Part shown: in pieces, positions 47,419-57,938 of the stretch | Position numbering within the stretch: the first letter of the stretch is position 1 | How the letters are laid out: each line of letters begins with the position of its first letter | From: Chitinophaga pinensis | GTDB lineage: Bacteria; Bacteroidota; Bacteroidia; UBA4408 | Length of the DNA: 64,000 bases | Assembly: GCA_945861665.1 (NCBI GenBank) | Contig: CAMAVS010000007.1 | Location: forward strand, 7,277-71,276 | Reading direction: 5' to 3' | Made by a program: the position numbers and the translations under genes | The notes under the pieces: model-generated | Told to the model about the DNA's origin: nothing | Databases searched by the model: none | Seen by the model: only the letters and a program-made list of their open reading frames with translations

Positions 47419-50400
47419 ATGAAAAAAAAATTTTTTACAATTTTATCCTTAACATTATTTTCCTTTGGGGTTATGGCACAAGCGCCTACACAACAATGGG
47501 CAAAGGAATACGACAATCCGAACGGTGGTAGCAATCAAGACACTCCTGAGGAAGGAGGTATAGTTGTTGATGGAAGCGGCAACAGCTATGTTACAGGCAG
47601 GTCTTATAACCAAAGTGCCTCTTATAATATAGTTACTGTAAAGTATGACCCTTCAGGTGTTCAATTATGGTCGGTTGAATATGATAATGGCTATAATAAT
47701 ACTGACGAAGGTAAAGGAATATGCTTAGATGCACAAGGAAATGTGTTTGTGGCAGGCTTTGTTTATAATAGTAATAGCTACTATGACTATATTACTATTA
47801 AATACGATAACAACGGAAATCTTTTATGGTCGCAAACTGCAAATGGATCGGGAAACAGTTACGATAATCCGAGTGCAATTACGGTTGACCAAAACACAGG
47901 CAACGTATTCGTTACGGGAGCAATGTACACAAGAAACTCCTATACTGATGATTATGGCACTGTAGCGTACGATAATAATGGAAACTTTTTGTGGAAGAAT
48001 GAATTCAATAATCCTAATTATTATAACTCATATGATTATGCTGTAGATTTGGTTGTTGATGGAGCAGGAAACGTTTTTGTTACAGGGAATACAAATAACC
48101 AATATTTAAATGGCTATCGTTATCAGGATTATGGTACAATAAAAATTGATCCGAATGGAACCACACAATGGTTTAATAGCTTCGACTTTTTGAATGATTA
48201 TTATGGTTACTTTTATGGAAATTATGATAATGCAAAAGCCATTGCGATTGATGCAAGTGGAAATGTTGCAATTACAGGTGATTGCAGAAATAACTATCTT
48301 GGAAGCGGGAATGATATTAACACAGTATGTTATGACAACAACGGTAATAGAATGTGGCTAAATTCATACAATGGCCCAAGTTATTCTAATGACTATGGTT
48401 ATGATATTACAACTGATGGATCAGGTAATTTTTACATTGGAGGAAGCCAATACAATAATAATGGCGGAGACAATATGGTTGCAATTAAACTTGACCAAAG
48501 CGGAAATCAGCAATGGATAAGCGAATACAACGGTGCTTCCAACAACACCGATCAGGCTTATAACATTGCGTTAGATTCAAATAGCAATGTTTATCTTTCA
48601 GGAAATACTTATAACAATAACCAACAAATGAATTTTGGAGTTGTAAGTTTCGACAATAACGGTACCCAATTATGGGCTATTGAATACAATGGAAGTGGGA
48701 GTGGTTATGATTATTTAAACAAAAAAGCCTTGGCTGTTGATTCTACAGGAAGTATCTATATTACGGGTCGCGTTTATGGCGCTTCAGGAGGCAATAATTA
48801 TGCTACCGTAAAATACTGTAACTCACCGGTTGCTGCAGGAGTAATTACAGGAACACCTGTTGTATGTCAAGGACAAACTGCTGTTACTTATTCAGTAACT
48901 GCTATACAACATGCTACTGGGTATAACTGGGTATTGCCTTTAGGTGCTACCATTACGGCAGGAGCAAATACAAATTCAATTACTGTTGATTTTGGAAACA
49001 ATGCTGTTACAGGAGACATAACTGTGCAAGGTACCAATTCATGTTCAAACGGTGCCTTTTCAACGGATTATTCTGTCATTGTAAATCCTTTACCAATTGC
49101 TGCAGGAACAATAAGTGGTCCTGCAAATGTTTGTGTAGGACAAACTTTCGTTAATTATTCTGTTAGTGTAATAACCTTTGCTACTGCTTATACTTGGACA
49201 TTGCCTGCTGGTGCAACTATTGTTGCAGGTAACAATACCAACAGTATATCTGTGAATTTTGCTCTTAATGCTGCTAGTGGAAACATTACAGTGAAAGGAA
49301 CTAACTCTTGTGGCGATGGAACTATTTCAGCTAATTTCCCAATCATTGTTAACCCTTTACCTGCTGCTGCGGGAGCTATAGTAGGTTTGGCAAATGTTTG
49401 TCAAGGGCAGATGGGTATTACTTATTCAATAGTTTCTATTGCAAATGCAACTGGTTATAATTGGACGTTGCCTGCGGGCGCTACAATTATTTCAGGTGCG
49501 AATACGAATAGCATTTCCGTTGACTACTCAGCGAATGCTGCAAGTGGAAACGTTATGGTAACGGGAACAAATACTTGTGGAAATGGTGCCGTTAAAACAT
49601 TGGCTGTAACTGTTAATCCATTGGTTGCTGCTGCCGGAACTGTAAACGGTTTAGCTACTGTTTGTGCAGGTCAAATGAATGTAAATTATTTTGTGAACAC
49701 CATTGCGAATGCTGCCGGATATAACTGGGTGCTTCCTGCGGGCGCTACTATTATTTCAGGAGCTAACACAAACAGTATTGTGGTAAATTTTGCTAACAAT
49801 GCTGTAAGTGGTAATGTTAGTGTTAATGGTTCAAATACTTGTGGTAATGGTGCTGCTTCTATGTTGGCTGTAACAGTTAATCCTTTACCGGATGTTGCTG
49901 GTATCATCACCGGTTCCGATACTGTATGTGCTGGTCAAATGGGGGTTACTTATTCAGTAGCTTCTATTGCAAATGCTACTGGTTATAACTGGACATTGCC
50001 TTCAGGTGCTACAATTGCTACGGGAGCAAACACAAACAGTATTACTGTTGATTTTGGAGCAGGTGCTATGAGTGGAATGATTTGGGTAGAAGGAACAAAT
50101 TCTTGTGGAATTGGTACTTCAAGCAGTTTTGCTATCGTTGTTAACTCACCGGCTGCTGCTACTTCTATTATGGGACCTTTAGCTGTTTGTGAAGGACAAA
50201 TAGGTGTAATGTATTCTGTTTCTCCTATTGCAAATGCAGTGGGTTACAACTGGACATTACCAGTAGGTGCAACAATAGCTGCAGGAGCTAACACCAATGT
50301 TATTTGGGTTGACTTTGCTGCAAATGCAGTTAGTGGAACAATTTCAGTAGCGGGCACCAATGCTTGCGGAACCGGACTTGTTACATCTATCGCAGTAACT

Positions 50401-50928
50401 GTAAATCCAATGCCAATTGTTACATTTAGTTTAGCGGTTATGGATACAGTATGCTTGGATGAGTGGCACCAAAATGGTGTTCTTTTAACAGGAGGAACTC
50501 CTGCACGAGGAAATTACTCCGGCTTAGGTACAGTTAACGGATTCTTCTACCCTGCATTAGCAGGAGTTGGAACACACGTTATTACTTATACTTATACGAA
50601 TGCTATCGGTTGTTCTAATACTGCAACGGATACTATATTTGTAAGTACTTGTACCAATGTAACTGAATTAGGCAACAACAACAACATATCTGTATATCCT
50701 AATCCAACTAAAGGTTCATTTACTATCAATGGCACTTTTGCTTCTGACGATAAAGCAAATATTTTGCTTTGTAATATGTTTGGAGAGTTAGTTCTAGTAA
50801 TAGAAAATGGAAACATTGCAACAACATACAATAAGCAAGTAAACATTGATGAGCTTGCTAATGGAATTTATTTCCTTACTATACAAACAAACGGAAATAA
50901 CGTAACAACAAAAATAGTTAAAAACTAA
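47419..50928 (+). CDS. large T9SS type-A CTD adhesin-like protein: SBBP-type beta-propeller repeats + eight ~89-aa Ig-like repeats
   Basis: 1169 aa; signal peptide; N-terminal …DGSGNxYVTG…YDxNGNxLW… repeats; middle VCxGQxxVxYSV…GYNWxLPxGATIxxGANTNSIxVxF…SGNIxVxGTNxCG ×8; C-terminal …ISVYPNPTKGSFTING…GIYFLTIQTNGNNVTTKIVKN CTD. Confidence 0.75.
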   Translation: MKKKFFTILSLTLFSFGVMAQAPTQQWAKEYDNPNGGSNQDTPEEGGIVVDGSGNSYVTGRSYNQSASYNIVTVKYDPSGVQLWSVEYDNGYNNTDEGKGICLDAQGNVFVAGFVYNSNSYYDYITIKYDNNGNLLWSQTANGSGNSYDNPSAITVDQNTGNVFVTGAMYTRNSYTDDYGTVAYDNNGNFLWKNEFNNPNYYNSYDYAVDLVVDGAGNVFVTGNTNNQYLNGYRYQDYGTIKIDPNGTTQWFNSFDFLNDYYGYFYGNYDNAKAIAIDASGNVAITGDCRNNYLGSGNDINTVCYDNNGNRMWLNSYNGPSYSNDYGYDITTDGSGNFYIGGSQYNNNGGDNMVAIKLDQSGNQQWISEYNGASNNTDQAYNIALDSNSNVYLSGNTYNNNQQMNFGVVSFDNNGTQLWAIEYNGSGSGYDYLNKKALAVDSTGSIYITGRVYGASGGNNYATVKYCNSPVAAGVITGTPVVCQGQTAVTYSVTAIQHATGYNWVLPLGATITAGANTNSITVDFGNNAVTGDITVQGTNSCSNGAFSTDYSVIVNPLPIAAGTISGPANVCVGQTFVNYSVSVITFATAYTWTLPAGATIVAGNNTNSISVNFALNAASGNITVKGTNSCGDGTISANFPIIVNPLPAAAGAIVGLANVCQGQMGITYSIVSIANATGYNWTLPAGATIISGANTNSISVDYSANAASGNVMVTGTNTCGNGAVKTLAVTVNPLVAAAGTVNGLATVCAGQMNVNYFVNTIANAAGYNWVLPAGATIISGANTNSIVVNFANNAVSGNVSVNGSNTCGNGAASMLAVTVNPLPDVAGIITGSDTVCAGQMGVTYSVASIANATGYNWTLPSGATIATGANTNSITVDFGAGAMSGMIWVEGTNSCGIGTSSSFAIVVNSPAAATSIMGPLAVCEGQIGVMYSVSPIANAVGYNWTLPVGATIAAGANTNVIWVDFAANAVSGTISVAGTNACGTGLVTSIAVTVNPMPIVTFSLAVMDTVCLDEWHQNGVLLTGGTPARGNYSGLGTVNGFFYPALAGVGTHVITYTYTNAIGCSNTATDTIFVSTCTNVTELGNNNNISVYPNPTKGSFTINGTFASDDKANILLCNMFGELVLVIENGNIATTYNKQVNIDELANGIYFLTIQTNGNNVTTKIVKN
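48820..50415. repeat. ~267-bp coding tandem repeat array (8 copies)
   Basis: Ig-like domain repeats with high DNA-level similarity (…aatacaaacagtatt…gttaatcctttacc…). Confidence 0.65.
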
Positions 50929-50948
50929 TTTGAAAAATTGAAAATTAA

Positions 50949-50980
50949 AACGTCCCGCAAAATTTGCGGGACGTTTTTTA
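50949..50980 (+). terminator. rho-independent terminator
   Basis: acgtcccgc-aaaattt-gcgggacgt followed by TTTTTT, 21 nt after stop of 47419-50928. Confidence 0.7.
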
Positions 50981-51045
50981 ATCATACATAAAAAGTTAGA
51001 TATACCTTTTGGACTTAATAAAAACATTAACTTAATACTTAAAAA

Positions 51046-51633
51046 ATGAAGCCATTAATAAAATTTACGTTTGTTTTAACTACAGTACTGTTGTTTATGG
51101 CATTTAATATTCCAAAAGGGTGGAACAAATCGGGCAGCGATCCAGATAAATATGAAATGAATATTGAAAAAGGTGCAGGGCAAGATGGTAAAATTGCGGC
51201 AACTATAAAGTCATTATCAGATTTAAAACCTAACAGTTCGGCTGCTATGACACAAACCTTTGCAGCTGAAAAGTATCTTGGCAAAAGAATACGCATGACA
51301 GCCTTTATGAAAACAAAAGATGTTTTAGGTTGGACGGGGTTTATGTTGCGTGTTGATCAGAATGGTCCTCCTGGACAAAATCAAATACCTGCTATTGATA
51401 ATATGAGAGACAGACAAATAAAAGGAAGTACCGATTGGAAAAAACATGAAATAGTATTAGATGTTGTTGCTAATGCATCAAACATTATTTTTGGAGCTTC
51501 ACTTAATGGAGAAGGTCAAATTTGGTTTGATAATTTTTCATTCGAAATTGTGGACAACACTGTTCCATTAACAGGTAGCGGAGCAAAAAACATTACAAAA
51601 GCACAACCTGAAAATTTGAATTTCGAAGAATAA
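51046..51633 (+). CDS. hypothetical secreted protein
   Basis: 195 aa; signal peptide; beta-rich; no nameable motif. Confidence 0.4.
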   Translation: MKPLIKFTFVLTTVLLFMAFNIPKGWNKSGSDPDKYEMNIEKGAGQDGKIAATIKSLSDLKPNSSAAMTQTFAAEKYLGKRIRMTAFMKTKDVLGWTGFMLRVDQNGPPGQNQIPAIDNMRDRQIKGSTDWKKHEIVLDVVANASNIIFGASLNGEGQIWFDNFSFEIVDNTVPLTGSGAKNITKAQPENLNFEE

Positions 51634-51653
51634 TCTGAAAATAGTTTATTTAA

Positions 51654-51695
51654 AATCGGACGATAAATAATTTATCGTCCGATTTTGTTTTTCTT
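51654..51695. terminator. bidirectional terminator-like hairpin between convergent genes
   Basis: aatcggacgataaat-aa-tttatcgtccgatt followed by TTGTTTTTCTT. Confidence 0.6.
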
Positions 51696-51715
51696 CAAAT
51701 AGTACTTTAACAACA

Positions 51716-52342
51716 CTACATTTTTACCTCACCAACATCCAATACCGAATTAACACGGTATTTTTTGTGTGCTTTTATAGACACTGCTACGTCCCATTTC
51801 CCTTTCTTCAACATTATTTTTCTATGTGCAGTATCGGCAATTCCTTCGTCAATCAACAAATCAATTACAATGGCAAGTGGGTCTTTAAACCCATATTGAC
51901 AACACTCTCCAACACTTTTGTATTTATGTTTAATACCCTTGAATCGCTTGGCAAAATCTCCGTGCCCCAGCGCTCCTGCCTCACCCATTTTTTGCGCGTG
52001 TAATTGTGCGATGTTAGCCAGCCATTTGCTTGCATTTAATACTGGCAATTCACTTTGCATTTCTAATTCACTTTTTAAAGAAATAAGATAACTGTTATTT
52101 TTAATGTTGGCAGAATCAACATAGTGCTTTAAAAATGTTTCGGAAAATAGTTTTCCATTGATGCGTACCAGGTTCCAATAAAAGATTACTTGTTTCTCTT
52201 GCGGGCTTAAATAACTTACACCCTTAGATGTATTGGCTTTACCGAGTGCTTGTTTGTCCCATTTATCAATCGGCGATTGCGCTTGAAGTAAACGAGGATT
52301 GCCGATTAAAAAAAATAAAAAAAGAGAAATAAACACTTTCAA
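51716..52342 (-). CDS. CAP (SCP/PR-1, YkwD-like) domain secreted protein
   Basis: 208 aa; signal peptide; HAQKMGEAGALGHGD… and C-terminal …AHRKIMLKKGKWDVAVS… resemble CAP-domain HxxxM/GHRKNIL motifs. Confidence 0.5.
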   Translation of the reverse strand: MKVFISLFLFFLIGNPRLLQAQSPIDKWDKQALGKANTSKGVSYLSPQEKQVIFYWNLVRINGKLFSETFLKHYVDSANIKNNSYLISLKSELEMQSELPVLNASKWLANIAQLHAQKMGEAGALGHGDFAKRFKGIKHKYKSVGECCQYGFKDPLAIVIDLLIDEGIADTAHRKIMLKKGKWDVAVSIKAHKKYRVNSVLDVGEVKM

Positions 52343-52430
52343 AATGCTATACTATAACAATAAATGTTTCCAATAATAAGTATGTTTCTGACTCATTTAA
52401 AACAGTTATCTGTTAATGCAAAGAGCCCTC

Positions 52431-53711
52431 TTAGCATAACGCTTCACCAAAGACCATTGCCGTTTTTCCCAAGTCTTCATAAGTATGCGCTTCGCTAACA
52501 AAACCAACTTCATATCCTGATGGGCCTAGATAAACTCCTCGCTCCAACAATCCCTTGTGCAATTTTTTAAAATATTCCATACTTGCCACATCAATTGCTT
52601 CAGCGGAACGAATAAACTCAACGTTTGTAAAGGATATCCAAAAAATGCTACCAATGGAAAAAATTTGGATATTAGATATTGGATATTGATCTGATGAAAG
52701 AATTTTTTTAATTAGAAATTGTGTTTTATCTTCCAAGGCTTTATAAAAATTGGGCTTTAAGCATTCTGTCAACTGCGCTATTCCTGCTGCCATTGCAACC
52801 GGGTTTCCACTAAGAGTTCCTGCTTGGTAAACTGCACCTTCGGGAGAAACACAAGACATTATACTTGCACTTGCACCATAAGCACCTACCGGCAAACCTC
52901 CGCCAATAATTTTTCCGTAAGTAATTATATCTGGTGCAATATTATAATGCCCTGCAGCACCTGTAAAACCAATTCTAAAACCACTTATCACCTCGTCAAA
53001 AATTAACAGCGACTTATTTGCAGTACATATTTCTCGCAAAAATGTAAGGTATTCTTTACGTTGTAAAAGCAGGCCGTTATTAGCAGGAATGGGCTCAATG
53101 ATAACACAAGCAATTTGATCTTTAAAATCAGCAAATGCTTTTTTGACTGCTATTTCGTTATCCAAGGAAACAACAATTGTTTCGTTCACAAAACTTTCAG
53201 GAATCCCTGCTGATGAACTGTTGCCAAAAGTTACCAATCCTGAACCCGCTTTTACCAATAAAGAATCGGTATGGCCATGATAGCAACCTTCAAATTTTAA
53301 TATTTTATTTCGTTTGGTGTACCCTCTTGCTAAACGGATTGCACTCATAACAGCTTCGGTTCCTGAACTTACAAAACGTATTTTTTCAATGAATTTATTA
53401 TTGCTCAAAATCAATTCTGCTAAGTCATTTTCCAATGCAGTAGGGGCACCAAAAGAACTTCCTTTTTTTACAGTTTCTGTAATGGCCTCTATTACCTTTT
53501 TATTTGCATGGCCTAATATAAGTGGTCCCCAGGAACAGCAATAGTCAATAAACTCATTGTTGTCTGCATCCCAAATATGCGACCCTTTTCCTCTATCAAT
53601 AAACAAGGGTGTGCCACCAACCGAACGAAATGCTCTTACGGGACTGTTTACACCACCTGGAAAATATGTTTTTGCCTTTTCAAAAAGTGCTTCAGATTGT
53701 TCTCTTTTCAT
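52431..53711 (-). CDS. hemL: glutamate-1-semialdehyde 2,1-aminomutase
   Basis: 426 aa; N-terminus …SEALFEKAKTYFPGGVNSPVRAFRSVGGTPLFIDRGKG…; PLP-lysine YGKIIGGGLPVGAYG context. Confidence 0.92.
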   Translation of the reverse strand: MKREQSEALFEKAKTYFPGGVNSPVRAFRSVGGTPLFIDRGKGSHIWDADNNEFIDYCCSWGPLILGHANKKVIEAITETVKKGSSFGAPTALENDLAELILSNNKFIEKIRFVSSGTEAVMSAIRLARGYTKRNKILKFEGCYHGHTDSLLVKAGSGLVTFGNSSSAGIPESFVNETIVVSLDNEIAVKKAFADFKDQIACVIIEPIPANNGLLLQRKEYLTFLREICTANKSLLIFDEVISGFRIGFTGAAGHYNIAPDIITYGKIIGGGLPVGAYGASASIMSCVSPEGAVYQAGTLSGNPVAMAAGIAQLTECLKPNFYKALEDKTQFLIKKILSSDQYPISNIQIFSIGSIFWISFTNVEFIRSAEAIDVASMEYFKKLHKGLLERGVYLGPSGYEVGFVSEAHTYEDLGKTAMVFGEALC

Positions 53712-54170
53712 AAAATTTGTGCAAATATAGGATGTAATGCCGGTAAAAAGAAAAACTTGTCATTTTACGACAAGGTTTTATTTTATAATTCACTGTTGTT
53801 ATTAATTTTGCTTCAACGGTTATGCTATGGGGGTAGCGATTTAAGTAATGATCCATTTCATTTAAAATAGAATTTATTATCATTATACCCAATAACTAGA
53901 CTATTAAGTTATCGTTACCAGAACTCTTATTAGAACAGTCATTCTCGCAAGAATAAATCACTATAAGGAATGGTGGCCAGCCAAAAAAAGGCTTGTTTTA
54001 AAAATTTCATAATAAATCCACTTATATTGGTAGTTAAAGCAATCAATAAATTATTGGAATTATTATGAAAAAAAAGGTGATTTATTTTGTATATCTAAAA
54101 TAAGATTTTAATATTGTATGTTGAAAATAAAAATGGAATACGAGTTTGTTGTAGTAATTAATAGAAATTT

Positions 54171-54974
54171 ATGAGAAAAAGAAAATTATCATTGTTAGTT
54201 AGTTCGATAATTTTTTCATTGAGCAGTTATGCAGCAGGAGTTATTACACTAGAAGGAAACTATCAAGGTAAAAATTTGTTTGTTCAAAACCCTTTTACTG
54301 GAAGCGGTGTTGGTTTTTGTGCCTTTGAAGTATCAATAAATGGACAAGTTTCAACGGATGAATTACAATCCAGTGCATTTGAAATTGACTTTACCCCTTA
54401 CCAACTAACAATTGGCGACAAAGTTATAGTTACCATTACCCACAAAGATGATTGCAAACCGAAGGTGTTGAACCCCGAGGTGCTTAAATCAAAAAGCACA
54501 TTTGAAGTAGTTCCAAATTCAATGAAAGTTGGAATGGATGGAACCTTAAGTTGGACAACTAAAGCGGAAAGCGGAAAATTGAATTTCGTAGTAGAGCAGT
54601 ACCGCTGGAACAAATGGGTTAAAGTAGGTGAGGTTGAAGGGAAAGGAAAACCTGCTGCTGCTTCCTATACTGTAAAAGTTATTCCTCATTCGGGTGAAAA
54701 CAAGTTTAGAGTTAAACAAGTAGATTTTAGTCCTCAACCACGTTACTCCGATCCTGTTAAATTCAGAGCAGTGATCCCCGAGGTAACATTTGGACCATTA
54801 AAGGCTGATAAAGAAATTCTATTCTCGGACGAAACGATGTTTGAGATCTTTGATATGTTCGGAGATATTGTTAAAAAGGGATTTGGTAAAGCTGTAGAAA
54901 TTGGTGCATTAAAAAAAGGTGCTTATTATATTAATTACGACAATAAAACAGGAGAAACATTTATTAAGAAGTAA
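54171..54974 (+). CDS. hypothetical secreted protein (possible degenerate T9SS CTD)
   Basis: 267 aa; signal peptide; C-terminal …MFEIFDMFGDIVKKGFGKAVEIGALKKGAYYINYDNKTGETFIKK loosely fits CTD pattern. Confidence 0.4.
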   Translation: MRKRKLSLLVSSIIFSLSSYAAGVITLEGNYQGKNLFVQNPFTGSGVGFCAFEVSINGQVSTDELQSSAFEIDFTPYQLTIGDKVIVTITHKDDCKPKVLNPEVLKSKSTFEVVPNSMKVGMDGTLSWTTKAESGKLNFVVEQYRWNKWVKVGEVEGKGKPAAASYTVKVIPHSGENKFRVKQVDFSPQPRYSDPVKFRAVIPEVTFGPLKADKEILFSDETMFEIFDMFGDIVKKGFGKAVEIGALKKGAYYINYDNKTGETFIKK

Positions 54975-54997
54975 TCAAATAAGAATACACCACAAAT

Positions 54998-55035
54998 TAA
55001 AATAGCCCTTGTTAATTCAGGGGCTATTTTTTTAC
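54998..55035 (+). terminator. rho-independent terminator
   Basis: aaaatagccc-(loop)-gggctatttt followed by TTTTTTT. Confidence 0.55.
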
Positions 55036-55065
55036 CCTTTAAAGAGTTAAAACAAAACATATTTA

Positions 55066-55467
55066 ATGAAAAAGATAGAACATATAGGAATAGCTGTAAG
55101 AAGCTTAGAGAATGCAAATAAATTGTTCGCCTCCCTATTTGGTGTGGAGCATTATAAAATTGAAAACGTAGAAAGTGAGCATGTTGCAACTTCCTTTTTT
55201 AAAATAGGAGATGATAAAATAGAATTATTAGAAGCCACTTCTCCCGAAAGTGCCATATCTAAATTTATTAAAAAAAAGGGGGAAGGTGTGCACCATATTG
55301 CATTCGAGGTTGAAAACATTTATGCCGAGATTGAAAGATTAAAAAATGAAGGATTTCAAATGATACACGATGCCCCAAAAAAAGGCGCTGATAATAAACT
55401 GATTTGTTTTTTGCATCCGAAATTAACGAATGGTGTATTAATAGAATTGTGTCAGGAAATAAAGTAG
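55066..55467 (+). CDS. mce: methylmalonyl-CoA epimerase (VOC/glyoxalase fold)
   Basis: 133 aa; …IEHIGIAV…ELLEAT…GEGVHHIAFEV…FLHPK…GVLIEL… matches MCE metal-ligand pattern. Confidence 0.8.
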   Translation: MKKIEHIGIAVRSLENANKLFASLFGVEHYKIENVESEHVATSFFKIGDDKIELLEATSPESAISKFIKKKGEGVHHIAFEVENIYAEIERLKNEGFQMIHDAPKKGADNKLICFLHPKLTNGVLIELCQEIK

Positions 55468-55601
55468 AATATATTTTATTATTGATTAACAGCAATCAAC
55501 TTCATTTCAATATCATCAATATATATTGTTTGGGATGAGATGTTCAAAAGATAAACATTGATTATGTCTCCCGAACGTCTTTCTTTAGTTAGAGTAACAC
55601 T

Positions 55602-56530
55602 TCAGTATGCATCTGTCCACTTGTTACTCACACTTAAATAATCCAACACATTTACATTTGCTTGTAAATAATTGCTTGTTCCATTTTTGCAATTAATAGA
55701 CACAAATGCATCCGTCTTTTTAATATCTCCAACTACCATAACTTTTAAACGACAGGAAAGAATAATCGTTTGTTGAAAGGAGAAAGAATCGGGGATTGTG
55801 TATTCAAACATCAGGCGTCAATAAAAAATAGTCGTTCAACAAAAGCTGTTTTGAACTTGGCCGATTCAATGATGTAATGATTTGCGTAGATCTGTAAAAA
55901 TTAATTCCGGCATCAAATTCAGGACTTATACCCAGTGTTATATTGAACTTTTCGCTCACGTTTTGTTTCGCTTTTAATTCTGTAATTGCTGCTTTTATAT
56001 CCGCATCCGCTTTCCATTCAAATACGTAGTTAAAATTTACAGTAAAAGAAAAATGCACAACAACAAAAATCGCACTTATAAATAGCAAGTGCTTGAATAT
56101 TCGAACTTCATTGTATAATATCACAAGCGTGCTGCTCAAAAAAACAGCAAACAAAACTGTTATAAATAAAGCGGTTCGATAAATTAGATACAGCGTTTGA
56201 AAGATCTAATGTTGTGCTATTGAAAAAACAACTATTCCGATTAATAAAAACAGCAAAGCATTCAAAAAAAATTGTGGAATATCTTTTTTGCGTATACCTT
56301 TCAGTACATATAAAACTACTATAAAGCTGACAGTTGCGATTATACTAACAAAAACATATTTAAGTGCCGAGGGATAATAGATGGAATAAAATTATTTTTT
56401 CTTACATAATCAAGATACGTAACCGTCTCATCATAGGTAATCGAAAGTAAGTATGCCCGTGATAATGTATAGCAAAAAACAAGAAAGCCAGCTATCCAAA
56501 GTACCCTATTATTAGGCTTGTTGGAAATTA
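55602..56530 (-). pseudogene. frameshift-fragmented membrane-protein gene (at least three frames)
   Basis: Minus-strand pieces in different frames: …RVLWIAGFLVFCYTLSRAYLLSITYDETVTYLDYVRK… (no start), then 116-aa and 69-aa ORFs (55804-56154, 55602-55811); ~930 bp otherwise lacks an intact ORF in a gene-dense region. Confidence 0.4.
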
Positions 56531-56539
56531 CTCACATTC

Positions 56540-57196
56540 TTAATCCAAATGCATTTCAGGGATATCACCTTCTATAATAAGTCTGCCAAGTGTGGCATTT
56601 TTTATTTGTTCAACACTAATACCAGGAGCTCTTTCCAATAATTTAAATCCCTGTTGAGTAACATCCAATACTGCTAATTCTGTTACTATTTTTTTCACAC
56701 AACCCACACCGGTTAAAGGCAAAGAACACTTCGGCAACAATTTTGATTCTCCTGCTTTATTCACGTGTTGCATTGCTACAATTATATTTTTTGCAGAAGC
56801 TACTAAGTCCATTGCCCCTCCCATCCCTTTCACCATTTTTCCGGGAATTTTCCAGTTGGCAATATCGCCATTGTCTGACACTTCCATTGCACCCAAAATA
56901 GTTAAATCTACTTTGCAAGAACGTATCATTCCAAAACTCATTGCGCTGTCAAAAAATGAAGAGCCGGGTAATGTAGTAATGGTTTGTTTTCCTGCATTAA
57001 TTAAATCAGCATCTTCTTCTCCATCAAATGGAAAAGGCCCCATTCCTAACAATCCATTTTCTGATTGCAACACTACATCAAATCCTTGAGGTATATAATT
57101 CGCAACCAAGGTTGGTATACCTATTCCTAGATTTACATAATAACCCCTCTTTACTTCCTTTGCAATGCGTTTTGCAATTCCTGTTTTGTCAAGCAT
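56540..57196 (-). CDS. scoB: 3-oxoacid CoA-transferase subunit B
   Basis: 218 aa; CoA-transferase beta subunit motifs (…LGIGIPTLV…, catalytic-Glu region …GAMEVS…). Confidence 0.85.
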   Translation of the reverse strand: MLDKTGIAKRIAKEVKRGYYVNLGIGIPTLVANYIPQGFDVVLQSENGLLGMGPFPFDGEEDADLINAGKQTITTLPGSSFFDSAMSFGMIRSCKVDLTILGAMEVSDNGDIANWKIPGKMVKGMGGAMDLVASAKNIIVAMQHVNKAGESKLLPKCSLPLTGVGCVKKIVTELAVLDVTQQGFKLLERAPGISVEQIKNATLGRLIIEGDIPEMHLD

Positions 57197-57219
57197 ATAT
57201 TAATTTAAAAATTTGGAAA

Positions 57220-57915
57220 TCAACTCTTCCTTACTGTCCTTTGTTCAATTCGTTTCTCGTAATTTACTCCCTTAAAAATTCGATGCACATAAATTCCAGG
57301 TGTATGAATTTGATCAGGGTCTAAATCTCCTGCTGGAACTAATTCTTCCACCTCTGCAATGGTTATTTTACCAGCCATTGCCATCATAGGATTAAAATTA
57401 CGAGCCGTTTCTCTGTAAATCAAATTGCCGTGCGGGTCACCTTTCCAGGCTTTTACAATAGCAAAATCAGCATCAAAAGCATATTCCATTAAATAATCTT
57501 TTCCATTAAAATTTCGTACTTCTTTTCCAATGGCAACTTCAGTACCAACACCTGCTGGGGTATATATGGCAGGCATACCATAACCTGAAGCCATACAGCG
57601 TGTGGCCAATGTTCCTTGCGGAATAAGTTCCACTTCTAACTCTCCACTTAATAGTTGACGTTCAAATTCAGCATTTTCACCTACATAAGATGAAATCATT
57701 TTTTTTACCTGACGTGTTTGAAGCATTAATCCAATTCCGAAATCATCTACTCCTGCATTGTTTGAAATACAAGTTAATCCTTTCACTCCCTTCTTTACTA
57801 AGGCTGTAATACAATTTTCAGGAATGCCGCACAAACCAAAGCCCCCTAACATCAAGGTTGCGTTATCTTGAATATCTTTTATTGCTTCGTCTGCATTGTC
57901 TACTACTTTATTCAT
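57220..57915 (-). CDS. scoA: 3-oxoacid CoA-transferase subunit A
   Basis: 231 aa; alpha-subunit signature (…[12 protein letters not shown]…SNNAG…); directly upstream of subunit B. Confidence 0.85.
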   Translation of the reverse strand: MNKVVDNADEAIKDIQDNATLMLGGFGLCGIPENCITALVKKGVKGLTCISNNAGVDDFGIGLMLQTRQVKKMISSYVGENAEFERQLLSGELEVELIPQGTLATRCMASGYGMPAIYTPAGVGTEVAIGKEVRNFNGKDYLMEYAFDADFAIVKAWKGDPHGNLIYRETARNFNPMMAMAGKITIAEVEELVPAGDLDPDQIHTPGIYVHRIFKGVNYEKRIEQRTVRKS

Positions 57916-57938
57916 TGTTTGTGTGTATGAAATTTATT

